Shown: one piece after another, positions 59,789 to 64,000 of the stretch
Position numbering within the stretch: the stretch's first letter is position 1
Layout: every line of letters starts with the position of its first letter
Assembly: GCA_020049855.1 (NCBI GenBank)
Contig: JAGVLJ010000016.1
Location: 5,603-69,602, forward strand
From: Bacteroidia bacterium
Lineage (GTDB): Bacteria; Bacteroidota; Bacteroidia; UKL13-3
DNA length: 64,000 bases
Direction: 5' to 3'
Position numbers and translations under genes: made by a program
The notes under the pieces: model-generated
The model's database searches: none
What the model was told of the DNA's origin: nothing
The model's input: the letters and a program-made list of their open reading frames with translations, nothing else

Positions 59789-62700
59789 ATGCACGATACC
59801 CAAAAAGAATTTAAGGCCTCCAGCTGGGCTATTGACAATAAAACCAGCGTATATATTCTTACCTTCATTATTACCCTTGCGGGAATTTTTTCATACAACA
59901 GTTTACCTAAGGAACAATTTCCAGAGGTAAAATTCCCGAGCATTCTGGTTACTACCGTGTACCCTGGAACCACCCCAACCGATATGGAAAATTTGGTAAC
60001 CAAACAAATTGAAAAACAACTGAAAGTTCTTTCAGGTGTAAAAAAAGTAACCAGCAACTCGGTTCAGGATTTTTCGGTTATCAATATTGAATTTAATACC
60101 GACCAGAATGTTGACCTTTCGCTGCAACGTGTGAAAGATGCAGTAGATAAAGCTAAAACCGATTTACCAAATAACCTGCCAGCTCCTCCGCAGGTACGAG
60201 ATATTGACGTATCGCAAATGCCCATAATGAATGTACATGTGTACGGAAACTTTCCGCTCGATAAAATGAAAAATTATGCCGATGACCTAAAGGATGAAAT
60301 TGAAGGTCTTCGCGAAATTACACGAGTTGACATGGTAGGTGCACTTGACAGAGAGATACAGGTAAACGTAGACATGTATAAAGCCCAAGTAAGTGATATT
60401 ACACTCGATGATGTGATTCGCGCTATTGGTTCCGAGAACATAAATATTTCGGGCGGGCTGGTAAACATGGACGGCCTTAAACGCTCTATAAGTGTAAAAG
60501 GACAGTATGTTGATCCGCTCAAAATTGGCGATATTGTAATTCGAGGTCAATCAGGAGCCACTGTTTACCTAAAAGACATTGCTGAAATAAAAGATGCTTT
60601 TAAAGAAAAAGAAAGTTACGCCCGCTTAGATCATGCCAACGTAATTTCCTTAAACGTAATCAAGAAAAGCGGGGAGAACCTGATTGAGGCTTCGGACAAA
60701 ATCCGTGAAATATGCGAGCGTAAACAACGTGGCGAATTTCCGGCAGCCCTAAAAGTAACCATCACCGGTGATCAATCTGATAAAACACGTGTTACCCTGC
60801 ACGACTTGATAAATACAATTGTTATCGGGTTTGTGCTCGTGACTATTATCCTTATGTTTTTTATGGGAACCACCAACGCCATTTTTGTAGCTATGTCGGT
60901 TCCACTCTCCTGTTTTGTGGCTTTTTTGGTATTCCCCGCCATTGGTTTTAAACTAAATTTTATTGTACTTTTTTCTTTCCTACTTGCCTTAGGTATTGTT
61001 GTAGATGATGCCATTGTGGTAATTGAAAACACGCATCGCATTTTTGCCAATGGAAAAGTGCCAATTAAAAAAGCAGCTAAGATGGCCGCAGGCGAAGTAT
61101 TTCTTCCGGTACTGTCAGGAACTATGACCACTCTGGCTCCATTTATTCCATTGGCCTTTTGGCAAGGTGTTATAGGTAAATTTATGTTCTTTCTGCCGGT
61201 AACGCTTATTGTAACCTTACTTGCTTCATTAGTGGTGGCTTATATTATTAACCCTGTATTTGCTGTAGGTTTTATGAAAACCAAAGCCGAAGAAGCCAAA
61301 GCACGTAAAAACAGTAAAGGCTATCGCAAAAGTGCTATCGTGTTTGCAGGTATTTCCCTGCTATCGTATTTGTCCGGCAATTTCGGACTTGGTAACTTTG
61401 TTTTGGTAATATTTGCTCTTTACAGCCTCAATCGGTTTGTGTTCTGGAAATGGATTGAAAAATTCCAGGATAAAATTTGGCCAACCGTACAAAATACATA
61501 TGCCAATATAATGATATGGGCACTGCATGGAAAACGCCCTGCCATGCTTATGCTTTCTACTGTGGGTTTATTTATTTTCAGTATTGTGTTCACCGCTATT
61601 CGTAAACCTGATGTAGTATTTTTCCCTCAGGCCGACCCGAATTTTGTGTATACTTATATCACCATGCCAATTGGTACTGATCAGGCCTACACCGATTCGA
61701 TAACGCACATTGTTGAAGATCGGGTTTACAAAGTAGTGGGCGAAGACAACCCTCTTGTAGAATCTATTATTGCCAACGTATCGGTAGGGGCGGGCGACCC
61801 AAGTCAGTTTGAACAAAACTTTAATGCCAATCCAAATTTGGGTAAAGTTACCGTGGCCTTTGTGGAGTTTGCCAAACGAAACGGGAAATCAACCAGCGTT
61901 TACTTAGATAAAATACGCGAAGCAGTGAAAGGAATTCCAGGAGCCGAAATTTCAGTTGATCAGGAAAAAGGCGGCCCTCCAACAGGGAAACCGATAGCTA
62001 TTGAAATTATTGCCGATGATTTTATACAATTGATTGCCGTATCAAAAGATGTAAAACGTTACCTCGACTCGTTGCAAATTCCGGGAATAGAAGAACTGAA
62101 AAGCGATTTACAAACCAACAAACCCGAGGTAGTGGTAGAGGTTGACCGCGAGCGTGCTAACCGCGAAGGCATCAGTTCGGCCATTGTTGGAATGGAACTT
62201 CGTAAAGCCATTTTCGGGCAAGATCAGGCTTCAAAATTCCGAGATGCCAATGATGAACACAATATTCAGGTGCGCTACCGCGAAGACCAGCGCAATAACC
62301 TGAATGCACTGATGAATTTAAAAATTACCTACCGCGATATGAATATGGGCGGACAAATACGTCAAATCCCTCTTTCATCGGTGGCAAAAATATCGTATGG
62401 CAATACTTACGGAGGCATTAAACGAAAAAACGAAAAGCGAATGGTGACCATATCGTCAAACGTATTGAGTGGTTACACGCCCAATGAAGTGGTGCCACAG
62501 GTGCAGGAGGCGTTAAACAAATACAATGTGCCCACCGGGGTAACCATGAAAATGGGCGGAGAACAAGAAGAACAAAAAGAAACAGGTGCCTTCTTAGGAA
62601 CAGCCATGCTGGTTTCGCTGGGATTAATTTTTCTCATCCTCGTTACACAGTTTAACTCCATCAGTAAACCATTAATAATTCTCAGCGAAATTGTGTTGAG

Positions 62701-63181
62701 TTTAATCGGAGTGCTTATTGGATTCTCACTGTTTAAAATGCAAATATCCATTATTATGACAGGGGTGGGAATTGTGGCATTGGCAGGTATTGTGGTACGA
62801 AACGGAATTTTGTTGGTAGAGTTTACCGAAATTCTACTACACGATGGGATGCCGCTTAAAGAAGCCATTATTGAAGCCGGACGCACCCGTATGACTCCGG
62901 TACTGCTCACTGCATCGGCCACCATACTTGGATTAATCCCATTGGCAGTGGGCTTGAATATTGACTTCGTTACCTTGTTTACCGAATTCAATCCGCATAT
63001 TTTCTTTGGGGGCGATAGCGTAGCTTTCTGGGGCCCGCTCTCCTGGACCATGATTTTCGGGTTGGGTTTTGCGACTTTCCTCACACTCATTCTCGTACCG
63101 GTGATGTTATATATTACCGAAGGAATGAAACTGCGCATTAAAGCCAAAAAAGAGGCTGCGCTGCAACTTGAACATGAATAA
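59789..63181 (+). CDS. efflux RND transporter permease (AcrB/HAE1-like)
   Basis: Its 1130 aa have 12 TM helices and two large periplasmic loops. The conserved segments are …GIVVDDAIVVIEN…. and …GIVVRNGILLVEF…. Confidence 0.9.
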   Translation: MHDTQKEFKASSWAIDNKTSVYILTFIITLAGIFSYNSLPKEQFPEVKFPSILVTTVYPGTTPTDMENLVTKQIEKQLKVLSGVKKVTSNSVQDFSVINIEFNTDQNVDLSLQRVKDAVDKAKTDLPNNLPAPPQVRDIDVSQMPIMNVHVYGNFPLDKMKNYADDLKDEIEGLREITRVDMVGALDREIQVNVDMYKAQVSDITLDDVIRAIGSENINISGGLVNMDGLKRSISVKGQYVDPLKIGDIVIRGQSGATVYLKDIAEIKDAFKEKESYARLDHANVISLNVIKKSGENLIEASDKIREICERKQRGEFPAALKVTITGDQSDKTRVTLHDLINTIVIGFVLVTIILMFFMGTTNAIFVAMSVPLSCFVAFLVFPAIGFKLNFIVLFSFLLALGIVVDDAIVVIENTHRIFANGKVPIKKAAKMAAGEVFLPVLSGTMTTLAPFIPLAFWQGVIGKFMFFLPVTLIVTLLASLVVAYIINPVFAVGFMKTKAEEAKARKNSKGYRKSAIVFAGISLLSYLSGNFGLGNFVLVIFALYSLNRFVFWKWIEKFQDKIWPTVQNTYANIMIWALHGKRPAMLMLSTVGLFIFSIVFTAIRKPDVVFFPQADPNFVYTYITMPIGTDQAYTDSITHIVEDRVYKVVGEDNPLVESIIANVSVGAGDPSQFEQNFNANPNLGKVTVAFVEFAKRNGKSTSVYLDKIREAVKGIPGAEISVDQEKGGPPTGKPIAIEIIADDFIQLIAVSKDVKRYLDSLQIPGIEELKSDLQTNKPEVVVEVDRERANREGISSAIVGMELRKAIFGQDQASKFRDANDEHNIQVRYREDQRNNLNALMNLKITYRDMNMGGQIRQIPLSSVAKISYGNTYGGIKRKNEKRMVTISSNVLSGYTPNEVVPQVQEALNKYNVPTGVTMKMGGEQEEQKETGAFLGTAMLVSLGLIFLILVTQFNSISKPLIILSEIVLSLIGVLIGFSLFKMQISIIMTGVGIVALAGIVVRNGILLVEFTEILLHDGMPLKEAIIEAGRTRMTPVLLTASATILGLIPLAVGLNIDFVTLFTEFNPHIFFGGDSVAFWGPLSWTMIFGLGFATFLTLILVPVMLYITEGMKLRIKAKKEAALQLEHE

Positions 63182-63246
63182 AACGCAGAGGGTAAATTGG
63201 CTCTGTTGTTTATGTTGTTTCTCATATAATAGGTTTAGGTTCCGAA

Positions 63247-63279
63247 AAGTCCCCTTTGAGCAATCAAGGGGCTTTTTGG
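63247..63279 (+). terminator. rho-independent terminator after the RND efflux operon
   Basis: The sequence is aaaagtCCCCTTtgagcaatcAAGGGGcttttt. It is a 6-8 bp GC stem followed by a T-run. Confidence 0.6.
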
Positions 63280-63382
63280 TTTAAAGGCCAATCTGATTAT
63301 ATAGCCTATGACTAATTTGAATCCAAGTTTGAAGAATCGGATGTTTTTATTAACTTTGATTTACCTTAATAAATAAAATAAT

Positions 63383-63742
63383 ATGTCAACATCAACCACA
63401 CGAAGAAAATTTCTGGAACTACTTGGATTAACAGCCGGAGCTACTATTGCCGGAACTACTGTTTTTGGAAAATCGGTTTCAAATGAGGAGATACTTACCC
63501 TGAATGCCGAAGAGCAGGAATTTATGCTGATGTATGAACGATGGATGGACGAATTTTTAAAAGTGATAAAAATTCAAAAAAACGAGCCCCAAAATATAGA
63601 GAACCATAAACGCATGATAGCACTGACTGAAATAGCTGACGAATGGAAAACGCAGATAAATACCTATATGCAGGACAAAAAATTTGCTACCATTTTCCAT
63701 GCATCCATTGAGCGCATGAAAAATGAAATTCAGAACATTTAA
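63383..63742 (+). CDS. hypothetical protein with twin-arginine (Tat) signal peptide
   Basis: The N-terminus is MSTSTTRRKFLELLGLTAGATIAG, a Tat motif followed by an h-region. The protein is 119 aa. Confidence 0.4.
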   Translation: MSTSTTRRKFLELLGLTAGATIAGTTVFGKSVSNEEILTLNAEEQEFMLMYERWMDEFLKVIKIQKNEPQNIENHKRMIALTEIADEWKTQINTYMQDKKFATIFHASIERMKNEIQNI

Positions 63743-63756
63743 CAGAAAAACCTTAG

Positions 63757-64000
63757 CTAACCCATAACCCAGGTCAGCATATAATTTTCAATAAGCTTAT
63801 ATTGAACAAGGAGTTCCTCGCTTAAACCGCTCGAAGTAAACCGTACCCTTACTTTTCCTTCGTTAGCTACAATAAATGGAGAACATATGATATCTGTTTT
63901 AAACTCTACGTCTTCGTTTTGTCCGTATTTAAAAACTGATTCTTTAATTGACCACAACAACATGAGCACTTGAAAATCGTCAGGGAAACGTAGGCAATTC
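63757..64000 (-). CDS. 4'-phosphopantetheinyl transferase superfamily protein, 3' portion (gene continues beyond the window end)
   Basis: The C-terminal motif is W(S/T)IKESVFK, which is W..KEA..K in Sfp/EntD/AcpS. The reading frame stays open to nt 64000 upstream of the listed GTG. Confidence 0.5.
   Translation of the reverse strand, partial: NCLRFPDDFQVLMLLWSIKESVFKYGQNEDVEFKTDIICSPFIVANEGKVRVRFTSSGLSEELLVQYKLIENYMLTWVMG

Noticed and set aside
62473-63225. 250-aa antisense ORF inside the RND permease gene
   Set aside because: It is entirely embedded, on the opposite strand, in a clearly conserved 1130-aa AcrB-family gene. The translation is Ser/Thr/Ile-rich low-complexity sequence typical of antisense frames of membrane-protein genes.
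1-64000. CRISPR arrays, insertion sequences, integrases and prophage genes
   Set aside because: No regularly spaced direct repeats were seen. No transposase, integrase or recombinase-like ORFs were seen. No long terminal inverted repeats were noticed. The window appears to be core chromosome.

Overview
This 64 kb window looks like a Bacteroidetes chromosomal segment of roughly 40% GC with no rRNA, tRNA or CRISPR. The phylum call rests on three sequence-level observations: gldE-gldD gliding-motility genes follow mutY-ssb; secD and secF are fused into one long secDF gene; and purF is the long Bacteroidetes form. Most genes are housekeeping: purF, fmt, pdxH, icd, secDF, exbBD, mutY, ssb, rng, HU, udk, hppD-hmgA, and a TetR-TolC-MFP-RND efflux operon.

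The most interesting locus is a tightly coupled four-gene plus-strand operon at 16275-21665. It encodes a standalone receiver domain, a TPR plus C-terminal beta-barrel outer-membrane protein (YaiO-like), a bitopic HEAT-repeat membrane protein, and a processive family-2 glycosyltransferase with a PgaC/BcsA-like QxxRW motif. An unknown membrane-anchored protein is encoded convergently downstream. The architecture matches a synthase-dependent exopolysaccharide secretion system (pga, bcs, pel or alg type), but with an atypical and apparently uncharacterised middle component.

Other points worth a second look:
- Two neighbouring small secreted proteins each carry a CxxCH motif and sit in an operon with a DUF4920 protein.
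- A nucleoside phosphorylase gene is frameshifted in a poly-A tract.
- An ECF sigma factor gene carries two in-frame stops and is followed by a short zinc-finger anti-sigma factor gene.
- A roughly 760 bp ORF-poor region between the LOG-family gene and hppD contains what look like decayed gene fragments.
- A serine-palmitoyltransferase-like alpha-oxoamine synthase suggests sphingolipid synthesis.

All calls come from reading the translated ORFs and the DNA by eye. No database searches were run.
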